Positions 10,009 to 19,140 of a stretch of 54,525 nt of DNA are shown in pieces. The DNA is taken from positions 1 to 54,525 of the forward strand of contig JBBTGV010000033.1 of the NCBI GenBank assembly GCA_038041305.1, read 5' to 3'. The translations under genes were made by a program, and so were the position numbers. This DNA comes from Deltaproteobacteria bacterium. Its GTDB lineage: Bacteria > Desulfobacterota > GWC2-55-46. The notes beneath the pieces are model-generated. The model worked only from the letters and a program-made list of their open reading frames with translations, did no database searches and had not been told where the DNA came from. Position 1 is the first letter of the stretch. Every line of letters begins with the position of its first letter.

Positions 10009-10030
10009 TCAAGGGTTTGTCAAGGGTTTG
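10009..10030. repeat. perfect tandem duplication of the 11-nt unit TCAAGGGTTTG
   Basis: 10009-10019 and 10020-10030 are identical. Located in the divergent intergenic region between the dsrE-like gene and queF. Confidence 0.9.
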
Positions 10031-10117
10031 ATGAAAGACGCAAAACCGTGATTGCCTCTCTTGGCAAAACTTGCTAATATATATAAGGAAATTATAAAAT
10101 AAACGCGGAGTTTAAAA

Positions 10118-10489
10118 ATGAAAAAAAGTCTTAAGTATGGTGAAGAGGCTGTTTTGAAGGCTAAATTAGAGGCATGGGCGAATCCAAACCAGGAGAGGGA
10201 TTATGAAATAGAGATAATGTGTCCTGAGTTTACATGTTTGTGTCCGCGTTCAGGTTATCCTGATTTTGCGATGATAAGGGTACTGTATGTGCCGGACAAG
10301 AAGGTGGTTGAGCTTAAATCATTAAAGCTTTACTTAAATTCCTTTCGCTCAAAATCAATATCGCACGAGGCCGCGGTGAATCTGATATTCAACGATATTA
10401 AAAAAATTTTAAGCCCGCGTAGCCTTGAGGTTGTCGGTGATTTTAACGCGAGGGGCAATGTTAAGACAATCATAAGGGTAAGGCTTTAG
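10118..10489 (+). CDS. queF: NADPH-dependent 7-cyano-7-deazaguanine (preQ0) reductase, type I
   Basis: [48 protein letters not shown] is the QueF motif with the catalytic Cys. Length is 123 aa. Confidence 0.9.
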   Translation: MKKSLKYGEEAVLKAKLEAWANPNQERDYEIEIMCPEFTCLCPRSGYPDFAMIRVLYVPDKKVVELKSLKLYLNSFRSKSISHEAAVNLIFNDIKKILSPRSLEVVGDFNARGNVKTIIRVRL

Positions 10490-11559
10490 CCCAATATCTC
10501 CTTCAGCGCCTTTATTAGCAGGGCGTTCTCCCCTCTTTTCCTGACGGCAATCCTGAAAAATTTTTTCCCCAGGCCCGGCCAGGCGCTTAATTCCCGGATT
10601 AGTATGCCCCTTTTTAAAAGCATTGCCTTTAGTTCAGGCGCATCCGGTCTTTTTGACGAGACCCTTACCATCAGGAAGTTTGCGGCGGACGCGTATGGCT
10701 TAAGGCCTTTGACAGATGAGAGGGCGTCATACAAAAATCGTCTTTCGCTTTGAATGAGCCTTAGGGTGTTTTTATGGAAAACCCTGTCGTTTAAAGACGC
10801 GACGGCGGCCTTTGACGCAACCGTGTTTACGGTCCACGGAGGCAGTTTTTCCTTAATTTCCCTTGCCGTGGAGGGATGCGAAATTGAAAAACCGAGCCTT
10901 AGGCCCGCAATGCCGAAGAATTTCGTCAAAGACCTTAATACAATGATGTGCCTTTTGAAAACAGCCTCTTGCCTGATTGAAATGCCTTCATTAAAGTCAA
11001 CAAACGCCTCGTCAACCAAAAGGCGCGTGTTGTGTTTCTTGCAGAGAGAGGAGATCTCCATCATGGATTCTTTTTCTATGGCCGCGCCTGTGGGGTTCGC
11101 CGGGTTTGCGATGCAGACAATCCCGTAGTTTTTTTTTAGCGCCCTTGAGAGCTCGCTTAAGTTTATTGAGAAACCACGGGCCTCCCTCAGCATGAACGAG
11201 TCTGGTTTCAAGCCGTTTAATTCAAGCGCCCTCCTGTATTCGCTGAAGGCGGGCTCAATTATAAGGGCGGTCTTCGGCCTTAAGACCGAGGGTATGAGAT
11301 ATATAAGCTCGGTTGAGCCGTTTGCGGGTATTATGTGTTCCGGGTCCACGCCGTAGAAAGAGGCGATTGCCTGTTTAAGCCCCCTTGAGTCCGGGTCTGG
11401 ATAATGGGGCAGGAGTTTTATTGAGGACTTTATTTCCCTGACTGCGCGGGGCGAAATCCCGAGCGGGTTTATGCTTGCGCTGAAGTCAATTATGCCTGAA
11501 ATGCCCCTCTTGGTCGTCTCCGCCGCATCCCAGACATTGCCTCCGTGGGTGTCTTTCAT
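10486..11559 (-). CDS. cobD: threonine-phosphate decarboxylase CobD (class I/II aminotransferase fold)
   Basis: N-terminal HGGNVW and [10 protein letters not shown] are typical of CobD. PLP lysine region [16 protein letters not shown]. Sits in a cobalamin gene context. A HisC-like aminotransferase cannot be excluded without a search. Confidence 0.7.
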   Translation of the reverse strand: MKDTHGGNVWDAAETTKRGISGIIDFSASINPLGISPRAVREIKSSIKLLPHYPDPDSRGLKQAIASFYGVDPEHIIPANGSTELIYLIPSVLRPKTALIIEPAFSEYRRALELNGLKPDSFMLREARGFSINLSELSRALKKNYGIVCIANPANPTGAAIEKESMMEISSLCKKHNTRLLVDEAFVDFNEGISIRQEAVFKRHIIVLRSLTKFFGIAGLRLGFSISHPSTAREIKEKLPPWTVNTVASKAAVASLNDRVFHKNTLRLIQSERRFLYDALSSVKGLKPYASAANFLMVRVSSKRPDAPELKAMLLKRGILIRELSAWPGLGKKFFRIAVRKRGENALLIKALKEILG

Positions 11560-11570
11560 CGCGATAAAGA

Positions 11571-12275
11571 TCAGAACCCCAGTATCGCCCTTGCATCAAC
11601 GGCAATGGCGCCTTTCTCATAGACTATAAGCGGGTTTATCTCAAGCTCTTTTATGCCGTGCATGTCCGCCGCGATGTCCGCGAGCTTTACAATCACATCG
11701 GCAATCGCGTCAATATCCTTCGGGTGGTCCCCCCTGAAGCCCGCAAGCAGAGGGTATCCCTTTATCTCCCTTATCATGTCAATGGCGTCCGCCTTTGTTA
11801 TCGGGGCGATCCTGTAGCTTACGTCCCTCATGATTTCAACCGAAATTCCCCCGAGACCGAACATCACGGTCGGGCCGAACTGCTCGTCGTTAACCACACC
11901 GGCAATCACCTCAATCCCCTTTGCGGCCATGCCCTCAACAAGGAAACCCTCTATCTGCGCGAACGGCTTTTCGCATGCCACGGTCAAGACCATCTGCGCC
12001 CACATGTGCTGAAGCTCGTCTATGTCCTTTATTCCGACCGCGACCCCGTGCACCTCGCTTTTGTGCAGTATGTCCGGGGATACGAGCTTAAGCACTATCG
12101 GATACCCGAGGGTCTGGGCCGCCTCTATCGCGGAGCTTACATCCTTTACGAACCTGAACTCGGGCACCGCGATAGAATGCGCCTTTAGAACCTCTTTTGC
12201 GTCAGGCTCAACGAGGACCTTTTTGCCGAGGCTTAACGCCTCCTTTACGAGCCTTTCCGCGCCCCTTCTATCCAT
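11571..12275 (-). CDS. ADP-forming acyl/acetyl-CoA synthetase, beta subunit (ATP-grasp)
   Basis: 234 aa ATP-grasp_5-like: PIVLKLVSPDILHKSEVHGVAVGI...GFLVEGMA...FGLGGISVEI...LEINPL. Overlaps the alpha subunit gene by 8 nt. Confidence 0.75.
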   Translation of the reverse strand: MDRRGAERLVKEALSLGKKVLVEPDAKEVLKAHSIAVPEFRFVKDVSSAIEAAQTLGYPIVLKLVSPDILHKSEVHGVAVGIKDIDELQHMWAQMVLTVACEKPFAQIEGFLVEGMAAKGIEVIAGVVNDEQFGPTVMFGLGGISVEIMRDVSYRIAPITKADAIDMIREIKGYPLLAGFRGDHPKDIDAIADVIVKLADIAADMHGIKELEINPLIVYEKGAIAVDARAILGF

Positions 12276-13662
12276 TGTCTGGTTGGGTTTCCCTTGTTGA
12301 GCCGATCCTTGTTAATACAGAGGCCGCCCTGACCGTTGCCTCAGGCGTCGTGTACACGGGAATGCCCCATTTTTTAAAGAGGGCGTCCCTTTCCCGCGCG
12401 AAACTCCCGCCCGGGGAGCATACCACGACGGGCTTTCCCGACATGGCTGATTTTTCGGAGAGAAGCTGAACAAGGCCGTCCGTAAGGCCCGGGGGGCCCC
12501 AAAGCGCGGCGACTATCGCAAGGTCATAGAAGTCCTTTGACATCGCCTTTTCAAGCGCCTCCGCATAGAGCTCGTCGGTTACGCTCCCAGTCAGGTCCAT
12601 GGGGTTTGACGCGACGAAGAAGGGAGGGAATGAACCGGAGAGTTCCTCTCTGATTGATTCGTCAAGCGGCTGAACGACAAGCCCCGCGGCTGAGGCCGCA
12701 TCCGCAATATTGACCCCCATGCCTCCGCCGTCCGTTATTATCATCACCCTGTTTCCTCTGGACGGCCTCTGAAGGCTTAATGCCCTGCACCCTTCAATAA
12801 GCTCCTCATAACCGGAGACCTCTGTTACGCCGGATTTTTTAAACGCCGCCCTGTAGACCTCGTATCTGCCCGTCATCGCCCCTGTGTGAGAAAGCGCGGC
12901 CGAGGCCCCTGCGTCCATTTTCCCGACCTTTACCGCGAGCACTGGTTTTTTTGCCGTGCATCTTTTAGCGGCCTCAATAAATCTCCTGCCGTCCTCAATT
13001 GATTCAAGGTAGAGGGCGACAACGCCGGTGGCCGGGTCGTCCGCGAGGAATTCAAGGCAATCCGATTCATTGACGTCAACCCTGTTCCCGTAGGACACTA
13101 TCCTTGCAACGCCGATGCCTTCCCTGGCCATCTCATCCATCGCGGTTACGGCAAACGAGCCGCTCTGCGAGATGATGGAAAGAGGGCCTTTCGGGGGCCT
13201 CTTAAGCCTCTCGTGCGGTATGAAAAACGTATCGAGCCCCGAACTGGTGTCAAATACGCCCAGACAGTTTGGCCCCACGACCCTTATGCCGAAGCGCCTT
13301 ACAATGTCTTTTAAGTCCTTTTCAAAGGATTTGCCGGCCTCGTTAATCTCGCCAAAGCCGCCGCTTATGATTATCGCGCATTTAATCTTTCCTACCGCCT
13401 CCTTCAAAAGCCCTACGGCGGGCCTTGCAGGCACTGCGAACACGGCCAGATGCACCTCTGACTCTATCGCTGAAATCGCGGGATAGCATTTCAGGCCGTT
13501 TATTGAATCGTATTTCGGGTTTACGGGGAAGATGGAACCCTTAAAGCCCCCTTTTTTGATGCTCTCCATTATAATGCCCGAGAGCTTACCGGCCTCAGGC
13601 GAGGCGCCTACAACGGCAACCGAGGCGGGATTAAAGAGGAAATCAATCGGGTTTTTACTCAT
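12268..13662 (-). CDS. ADP-forming acyl/acetyl-CoA synthetase, alpha subunit (CoA-binding + ligase-CoA domains)
   Basis: FNPASVAVVGAS (CoA-binding), GPNCLGV, SIISQSGS, and the phosphohistidine loop ALSHTGAMTG. At 464 aa, the same split as archaeal two-subunit ACD enzymes. Confidence 0.8.
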   Translation of the reverse strand: MSKNPIDFLFNPASVAVVGASPEAGKLSGIIMESIKKGGFKGSIFPVNPKYDSINGLKCYPAISAIESEVHLAVFAVPARPAVGLLKEAVGKIKCAIIISGGFGEINEAGKSFEKDLKDIVRRFGIRVVGPNCLGVFDTSSGLDTFFIPHERLKRPPKGPLSIISQSGSFAVTAMDEMAREGIGVARIVSYGNRVDVNESDCLEFLADDPATGVVALYLESIEDGRRFIEAAKRCTAKKPVLAVKVGKMDAGASAALSHTGAMTGRYEVYRAAFKKSGVTEVSGYEELIEGCRALSLQRPSRGNRVMIITDGGGMGVNIADAASAAGLVVQPLDESIREELSGSFPPFFVASNPMDLTGSVTDELYAEALEKAMSKDFYDLAIVAALWGPPGLTDGLVQLLSEKSAMSGKPVVVCSPGGSFARERDALFKKWGIPVYTTPEATVRAASVLTRIGSTRETQPDNG

Positions 13663-13799
13663 AAGTTTTTTTCATGATTGCTGGCCTGAACGGGTTTGTC
13701 AGAAGCCTTTTAGCAATAAAAGGTCTTTGCGGCGCGCGCCTGCGAGACCTAACGCCAAGGGTAATCTTTATTGAGTTTTATACAACAAAGGCCTTATTT

Positions 13800-14804
13800 T
13801 CACAACAGAAATATGGCGAGTATCCTTAAAAGCAGGGTGATGAGAATCATGCCGGCGGCGGTTGTGTGCAATATCTGCACGGTTGAGAGGACATGGCTTT
13901 CGTTAATCTCCGGGCTTGTATCCTTGCAGTCATTTATAAAAGGCTTGTCATGCGCAACGCCGCAATACGTTGAAGGCCCGCCGAGCCTTATCCCGAGGGC
14001 GCCAGCGATTGCCGCCTCGGGATACCCCGCATTGGGGCTCGGGTGCCTGCGGCCGTCCCTGAAAATCGTCTTTACGGCCTTTATCCAGTTGAATCCAAGC
14101 AGGCCCGCCGAGCATGCCATCAACGCCGCAGTAAGACGCGCCGGTATGAAGTTAAGCGCGTCATCAAGCATGGCCGATGCCCGGCCAAGGTCAACGTATC
14201 TTTCGTTTTTGTATCCCACCATTGAGTCAAGGGTATTGACCGCCTTATAGAAAAGCATAAGCGGGGGCCCGCCTATTATAAGATAAAAAAGCGGGGCGAC
14301 GACGCCGTCGGACGTGTTCTCCGCGACGGTCTCAACGGTTGCCCTTAAAACGCCCTGCTCATTGAGCCTCTCCGTGTCCCTGCCGACGATCCCTGAGAGC
14401 GTTTTTCTCGCGTCGTCAATAGCCCCGCAATTAAGGCATTTTAAGACCGCCTTTGCCTCCTTATGAAGCGACCTTATTGATATTGAGGCCCATACCGCGT
14501 ATGTTGAGAGCAGGAAAAAGACCGGGAACGCGTATTTATACGAGAGATAGAGCAGGGCAAGGCATACGAAGTAGGTCCCGAGCGCGATTACCGCGACAAG
14601 GAGAATGCCCGCGTGAAACCTGCCTTTCTTCGTGTCAGGGAATCTTTTTGTTAAAAATCCCTCGGCAAAAATTATTGCCCTGCCTATCCACCTGACGGGA
14701 TGCGGTATTTTTTTCGGGTCCCCTATCGCAAGGTCCAGCGCATAGGCAAGGAGCGCTATAAGGGGGGGGAAGGGTATGATATTAAGGGATTTAAGTATGA
14801 ACAT
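13800..14804 (-). CDS. cbiB: adenosylcobinamide-phosphate synthase CbiB (CobD family membrane protein)
   Basis: ORF 13800..14864. Probable start is ATG 14804 (MFILKSL...LDLAIGDPKKIPHPVRWIGRAI, the CbiB signature). Multi-TM. Overlaps the cobQ end by 14 nt. Confidence 0.85.
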   Translation of the reverse strand: MFILKSLNIIPFPPLIALLAYALDLAIGDPKKIPHPVRWIGRAIIFAEGFLTKRFPDTKKGRFHAGILLVAVIALGTYFVCLALLYLSYKYAFPVFFLLSTYAVWASISIRSLHKEAKAVLKCLNCGAIDDARKTLSGIVGRDTERLNEQGVLRATVETVAENTSDGVVAPLFYLIIGGPPLMLFYKAVNTLDSMVGYKNERYVDLGRASAMLDDALNFIPARLTAALMACSAGLLGFNWIKAVKTIFRDGRRHPSPNAGYPEAAIAGALGIRLGGPSTYCGVAHDKPFINDCKDTSPEINESHVLSTVQILHTTAAGMILITLLLRILAIFLL

Positions 14805-16368
14805 GTTTTGATCTATGGCCCAAGATCCCCAGCACATCCTCAATGGAGACGCTCTTTTCAACAATGGAGGCGATTCGTTCCATGCCCGCGTCCATCTCCG
14901 AGGCGAATGATTTTTTTCGCGAATCGCAGGCTACCCCGGACAGGCCCTTTTTCCTCCGCAGGTGATTTATGAACGAGCGCCTGAAGCCGTCATTGTCAAA
15001 TATGCCGTGCATGTAAGTGCCCCAGACGAGCCTGTCCTCTGAAACGGCCCCGTCAGGGACGTCCGTTTCTTTTGAATTTCTCCTGAAAATACGCGCAAGG
15101 CTTTCATGCCTTGAGTTCGTCTCTCCCATGTGTATCTCGTAGCCTTTTACGATGCATGTCTTCATCTCAGGGGTCTTTGCCTCTGCCTCCACCTGATGGG
15201 TGTTCTTGCGTTTCATCAGCACGGTCTCGGCGTCAAGAAGGCCGATGCCGCGCTCCGAGCCGATTTTCGATTCAACGCCGTGCGGGTCATGGACGACCCT
15301 GCCCAGCATCTGGAATCCGCCGCATATCCCGAATACGAGTTTCCCGGAATTCCTTTCTGCCTTAAGCGCCTCAAAAAATCCGTTTTCCCTGAGCCAGCGC
15401 ATGTCCTCAATCGTGTTTTTAGAGCCCGGCAGCATTATCGCATCCGCGTCCCTAAGCCCCTTGACCGTGGAGGCATAGGCAATGCCTACATCCCCGTGGA
15501 GTTTGAAGGGGTCAAAATCGGTAAAGTTTGATATCCTCGGGACCTTTATGACAACGATATTGACGCGGTCATGGCTTTTCCCTTGTTTTTTATCGTCATC
15601 AAGACACTGGGAGTCCTCTTCGGGATTCACCCCGTCCTTTATATACGGCACGACGCCGAGCACGGGTTTTTTAGTGTGCGCCTCAAGGAATTTCAGGCCG
15701 GGCCTAAGAAGACCGATATCCCCCCTGAATTTGTTTATTATGAATCCCTTTACCCTTTTTTTCTCGCTCTTGCTCAGGAGCTGAAGCGTGCCTATTATTG
15801 ACGCAAAGACCCCGCCCCTGTCTATGTCGCCTATTAAGAGCACGGGCGAATCAATCGCCTCCGCGATGCCCATGTTCGCGATGTCGTTTTCCCTAAGGTT
15901 CACCTCAGCCGGACTTCCAGCCCCTTCCAGCACGATGACGTCGTAAACGGAGGAGAGCCTTTCATAGCTCGCAAGCGCGTATCCCATGGCCTCTTTTTTA
16001 AAGCGATGATACTCCTTTGCGCCCATAACCCCGTAGACCCTGCCGTGTATTATCACCTGCGAGCTTGAATCGGTTGTGGGCTTTAAGAGTATGGGGTTCA
16101 TGTCAAAAGAGGGCTTGATCCTCGCGGCCTCCGCCTGAAAGGCCTGCGCCCTGCCGATCTCGCCCCCGTCCTCTGTTACGAAGGAATTCAGGGCCATGTT
16201 CTGCGCCTTGAACGGCGCGGCCTTAACGCCCATGTTGTTCAATATCCTCAACAGGGCGGCCGTAAGGAGCGTTTTTCCGGCATGGGACTGGGTTGACTGA
16301 AGCATTATGGGTCGTCCCCCGCCCCGGCGGATTCTTTCAGGGACGGTTTTTTTAGTTGATGTGCTCAT
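14791..16368 (-). CDS. cobQ: cobyric acid synthase CobQ/CbiP
   Basis: N-terminal IMLQSTQSHAGKTLLTAALLRIL (DTBS-like P-loop). C-terminal GATase1 domain with FGICGGFQMLG and the YEIHMG His. Confidence 0.9.
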   Translation of the reverse strand: MSTSTKKTVPERIRRGGGRPIMLQSTQSHAGKTLLTAALLRILNNMGVKAAPFKAQNMALNSFVTEDGGEIGRAQAFQAEAARIKPSFDMNPILLKPTTDSSSQVIIHGRVYGVMGAKEYHRFKKEAMGYALASYERLSSVYDVIVLEGAGSPAEVNLRENDIANMGIAEAIDSPVLLIGDIDRGGVFASIIGTLQLLSKSEKKRVKGFIINKFRGDIGLLRPGLKFLEAHTKKPVLGVVPYIKDGVNPEEDSQCLDDDKKQGKSHDRVNIVVIKVPRISNFTDFDPFKLHGDVGIAYASTVKGLRDADAIMLPGSKNTIEDMRWLRENGFFEALKAERNSGKLVFGICGGFQMLGRVVHDPHGVESKIGSERGIGLLDAETVLMKRKNTHQVEAEAKTPEMKTCIVKGYEIHMGETNSRHESLARIFRRNSKETDVPDGAVSEDRLVWGTYMHGIFDNDGFRRSFINHLRRKKGLSGVACDSRKKSFASEMDAGMERIASIVEKSVSIEDVLGILGHRSKHVHT

Positions 16369-16418
16369 TGCTTAGAAATATTATAATAATTCAACGCTGC
16401 TCGCAACACCATAATGCC

Positions 16419-17159
16419 ATGACAAGACGCGGAGAGATTTTTTTAACGGCCCATGCAGGGCCTGATTCAAGACACGCGATACGGGGCGGCCCGTTTGAGG
16501 AGTTTTTAAAGTGGAGGCCGAGGCCAGGAGAGGCTGTCACGGTTCTTGACATGAACGGCGTTGCGTGGAGGGCAAGGGTCCTGGGGTTGGGAAAAGACTT
16601 TGCGGAGGTCCTTGTCTTTGAAAAGGCGCCTCTGCCCTGCGTAGTAGAGCTTACGGTGCTGCAGGCATTGCCTGAGAAGGAGAGGATGGAGCTTATAATA
16701 CAAAAGACCACGGAGCTTGGGGTCTTAAGGATCGTGCCTTTTAAATCCGAAAAGTCCATATCCCTTTGCCAGAGGGAGTCAAGGCAGAAAAAGGCGCACA
16801 AATGGCAGGATGCGGCCCTAAGGGCCTCCAGACAGTGCCGATCAAGCTTTATCACCGAGGTTTCTGAATACGCTTCGTTTTCCGATGCGATAGGCCTTCT
16901 TAAAAACAAAGGCCTTGGCCTTATGCTCCTTGAAAAAGGGGATAGGACCCCCGTAAGGCAGGCCCTTGAACATGCGATTAGGCAGGGCGTAAGACAGGTT
17001 TATATGCTTTGCGGCCCTGAGGCCGGGTTTTCAGCGCATGAGGTTAAGGACGCTGAGCGCGCCGGGTTTGCGCCAATAAGCCTCGGACAGAGGATTTTAA
17101 GGACAGAGACCGCGTCAATTGTCGGCGCGGCCATTATAATGCATGAGCTTTGCGGCTGA
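16419..17159 (+). CDS. rsmE: 16S rRNA (uracil1498-N3)-methyltransferase RsmE
   Basis: LTVLQALPEKERMELIIQKTTELGVLRIVPF and CGPEAGFSAHEV...ISLGQRILRTETA match RsmE motifs. Start is uncertain: 16419 is preferred over 16356, which would overlap the divergent cobQ start. Confidence 0.8.
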   Translation: MTRRGEIFLTAHAGPDSRHAIRGGPFEEFLKWRPRPGEAVTVLDMNGVAWRARVLGLGKDFAEVLVFEKAPLPCVVELTVLQALPEKERMELIIQKTTELGVLRIVPFKSEKSISLCQRESRQKKAHKWQDAALRASRQCRSSFITEVSEYASFSDAIGLLKNKGLGLMLLEKGDRTPVRQALEHAIRQGVRQVYMLCGPEAGFSAHEVKDAERAGFAPISLGQRILRTETASIVGAAIIMHELCG

Positions 17160-17326
17160 GAAAACGCGTAGCGGGCGGATGTAAATGTTGTAACGCCGTG
17201 CCTGTCAAAAAAGGTTTTGCCTTGTGCAATGGATCAAAACGCATTAGAATCTCGGCATGGCAAGGTTAAAGGATCAAACGTCTTTTTTTAATAAAAAAAA
17301 TACAGCATGATAATATTAATCAAAAA

Positions 17327-18184
17327 ATGAACTGGTTCCCAATCGCGCTTTTTTCAGCGCTTTCGCTTTCAACAGCCGATGCCTTAAGCAAAAGCGAGCT
17401 TAAGCACACGGAAGACATCGTGGTTGCATGGGTCAGGGAGGGATATGCGATACCGTTCCTCCTGATAGTGTTTTTTTTCATTGAAATACCCCCTCTGGAT
17501 TCAATATTTTTTTTAACGCTCGCCCTTCTCGTGCCCCTTGAGATACTCGCGCTTTTCCTGTATGTAAAGGCCATAAGGCTCTCACCCATGTCTTTAAGCA
17601 TCCCGTTCATGGCATTAAGCCCCGTGTTTATAATATTAATAGCCTTTCTGCTCTTGGGGGAGGTGCCGAGCGTGGCGGGGGTCTTTGGCATACTCCTGAT
17701 TGTCGCTGGAGTGTATGCCCTTAATGCGGGCGCGTATTCAGCCGGAATTTTAGGGCCTTTTAAGGCAATCTTGAAAGAAAAGGGATCTCTTGTCATGATT
17801 ATCGTCGCGGTTATCTACAGCATTACCGGAACGCTCGGCAAGGTCGCGATACAGCACAGCAGCCCTGTTTTTTTCGGGGCCTTCTACAGCATAATACTTG
17901 CCCTTGCGATGAGCGTTTATCTTATTGCAAGGGGCAGGCTCGGCATGGTTTTATCAAGGCCGGCCTCGTTCCTGCCCATAGGGCTTTGCACTGCCGCCAT
18001 GGCGTTGTCCCACTTTGTGGCGATAAGCGGCACGCAGGTCGCCTACATGATTTCAGTAAAAAGGACGAACCTGATATTCAGCGTGCTTTTTGGGTGGCTT
18101 TTTTTCAAAGAGTCTAATATAAGAGAGAGGCTTGTCGGGACCATAATAATGGCGGCCGGGGTTTTTCTCATAGCCCTGTCTTAG
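17327..18184 (+). CDS. EamA/DMT family transporter
   Basis: 285 aa, about 10 TM helices, with the duplicated EamA-like architecture. Confidence 0.75.
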   Translation: MNWFPIALFSALSLSTADALSKSELKHTEDIVVAWVREGYAIPFLLIVFFFIEIPPLDSIFFLTLALLVPLEILALFLYVKAIRLSPMSLSIPFMALSPVFIILIAFLLLGEVPSVAGVFGILLIVAGVYALNAGAYSAGILGPFKAILKEKGSLVMIIVAVIYSITGTLGKVAIQHSSPVFFGAFYSIILALAMSVYLIARGRLGMVLSRPASFLPIGLCTAAMALSHFVAISGTQVAYMISVKRTNLIFSVLFGWLFFKESNIRERLVGTIIMAAGVFLIALS

Positions 18185-18190
18185 GAGGCG

Positions 18191-18841
18191 TTGATGTTTG
18201 ACATAAGGGGGTTTTTCGCGGGCCCTTTTGAGAGCCTTAAGAGGATGAAGCGCCTTGTCATGTTCTTCATGGCAACGCACGTAGTTTTTCTCGTGTTCGG
18301 CCAATGGATGGTTGCAAAGGGGTACCCGACGGTGGTTGCGCTCCGGGAAACGCAGCTTAAGGCGATTCAGGAGCTTATGTATCTTAAGCCCCTCACTGGC
18401 GCGCTTGCGGAGAGCCTCGCGCTAAAGGTACTCTATACGTTCTTTTTCAACCTTTCTTTCGGCGCGTTCCTTTCAACGACCCTCGGAGGGGTCTTGTTTT
18501 TTCTCCCCTATGTCATCGCGGTATGGAGGGCCTTTGTCATCGGCATGCTTGTGCAGGGCCTTGCCGTAAGTCCTTTGATGGCAGCTGTGTTTTATGCGAC
18601 ATTTGTATTGGAGTTCAGCGCGTACGCCGTGACCTCCGCAATCGGCACTGATTTCGGCCTCACGCTCCTCTGGCCCGGATACAGGGGCAAGGAGACGAGA
18701 AAAGAGGCGCTATCCCTTGTTGTTAGGGACGGGGCGAGGCTCTATGTGTTTGTTATAATACTTCTTTTCATAGGGGCAGTCTGGGAGATAGGCTGGCTTC
18801 ATTATCTCGGCCCATTGATACCTCCTCCTGTCGGCAAATAA
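18191..18841 (+). CDS. integral membrane protein, possibly SpoIIM/DUF95-like
   Basis: 216 aa multi-TM protein, 6 nt after the EamA gene. The family guess is by composition only (FFFNLSFGAFLSTTLGGVLFFLPYVIAVWRAFVIG). Confidence 0.4.
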   Translation: MMFDIRGFFAGPFESLKRMKRLVMFFMATHVVFLVFGQWMVAKGYPTVVALRETQLKAIQELMYLKPLTGALAESLALKVLYTFFFNLSFGAFLSTTLGGVLFFLPYVIAVWRAFVIGMLVQGLAVSPLMAAVFYATFVLEFSAYAVTSAIGTDFGLTLLWPGYRGKETRKEALSLVVRDGARLYVFVIILLFIGAVWEIGWLHYLGPLIPPPVGK

Positions 18842-18873
18842 AACCTGATATAGAATCAAAAAGATTCTCATAT

Positions 18874-18894
18874 GGTGTCAGGATTTTTTACAGC
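18874..18894 (+). promoter_or_regulatory. candidate enhancer (UAS) site GGTGT-N11-ACAGC, copy 1
   Basis: GGTGTCAGGATTTTTTACAGC, with a TGT-N11-ACA core. Repeated 88 nt downstream. Confidence 0.4.
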
Positions 18895-18961
18895 TGGAAA
18901 TCAATAAAATCCCTTTATTAATCAAGTAAATACGCTATTTCTTGCGAAGCGCATGTGAAAA

Positions 18962-18982
18962 GGTGTAAAAAATTTTTACAGC
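18962..18982 (+). promoter_or_regulatory. candidate enhancer (UAS) site GGTGT-N11-ACAGC, copy 2
   Basis: GGTGTAAAAAATTTTTACAGC, nearly palindromic. Its centre is about 84 nt upstream of the sigma-54 GG element. Confidence 0.4.
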
Positions 18983-19054
18983 AAGTAAGGATAAAGCCAA
19001 TATGCTCTTATAAAATTATTCAGTAAAATCATAATGTTATATATTTTAAATGTT

Positions 19055-19070
19055 TGGCATATTTTTTGCA
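19055..19070 (+). promoter_or_regulatory. sigma-54 (-24/-12) promoter for the PEP-CTERM gene
   Basis: TGGCATATTTTTTGCA matches TGGCAC-N5-TTGCA with exact GG-to-GC spacing (G19056 to G19068 = 12 nt). Lies about 70 nt upstream of ATG 19141. Confidence 0.6.
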
Positions 19071-19140
19071 AAACATTATATTACACAATTGAAAGGAAAA
19101 GGTTCAGGAAGGATTAAGCGAATTTCAAGGAGGCTTAATT

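Noticed and set aside
10061-10075. TTGGCAAAACTTGCT upstream of queF as a sigma-54 promoter
   Set aside because: The GG-to-GC spacing is 10 nt instead of 12. A sigma-70 reading (TTGCCT-17-TAATAT) fits better.
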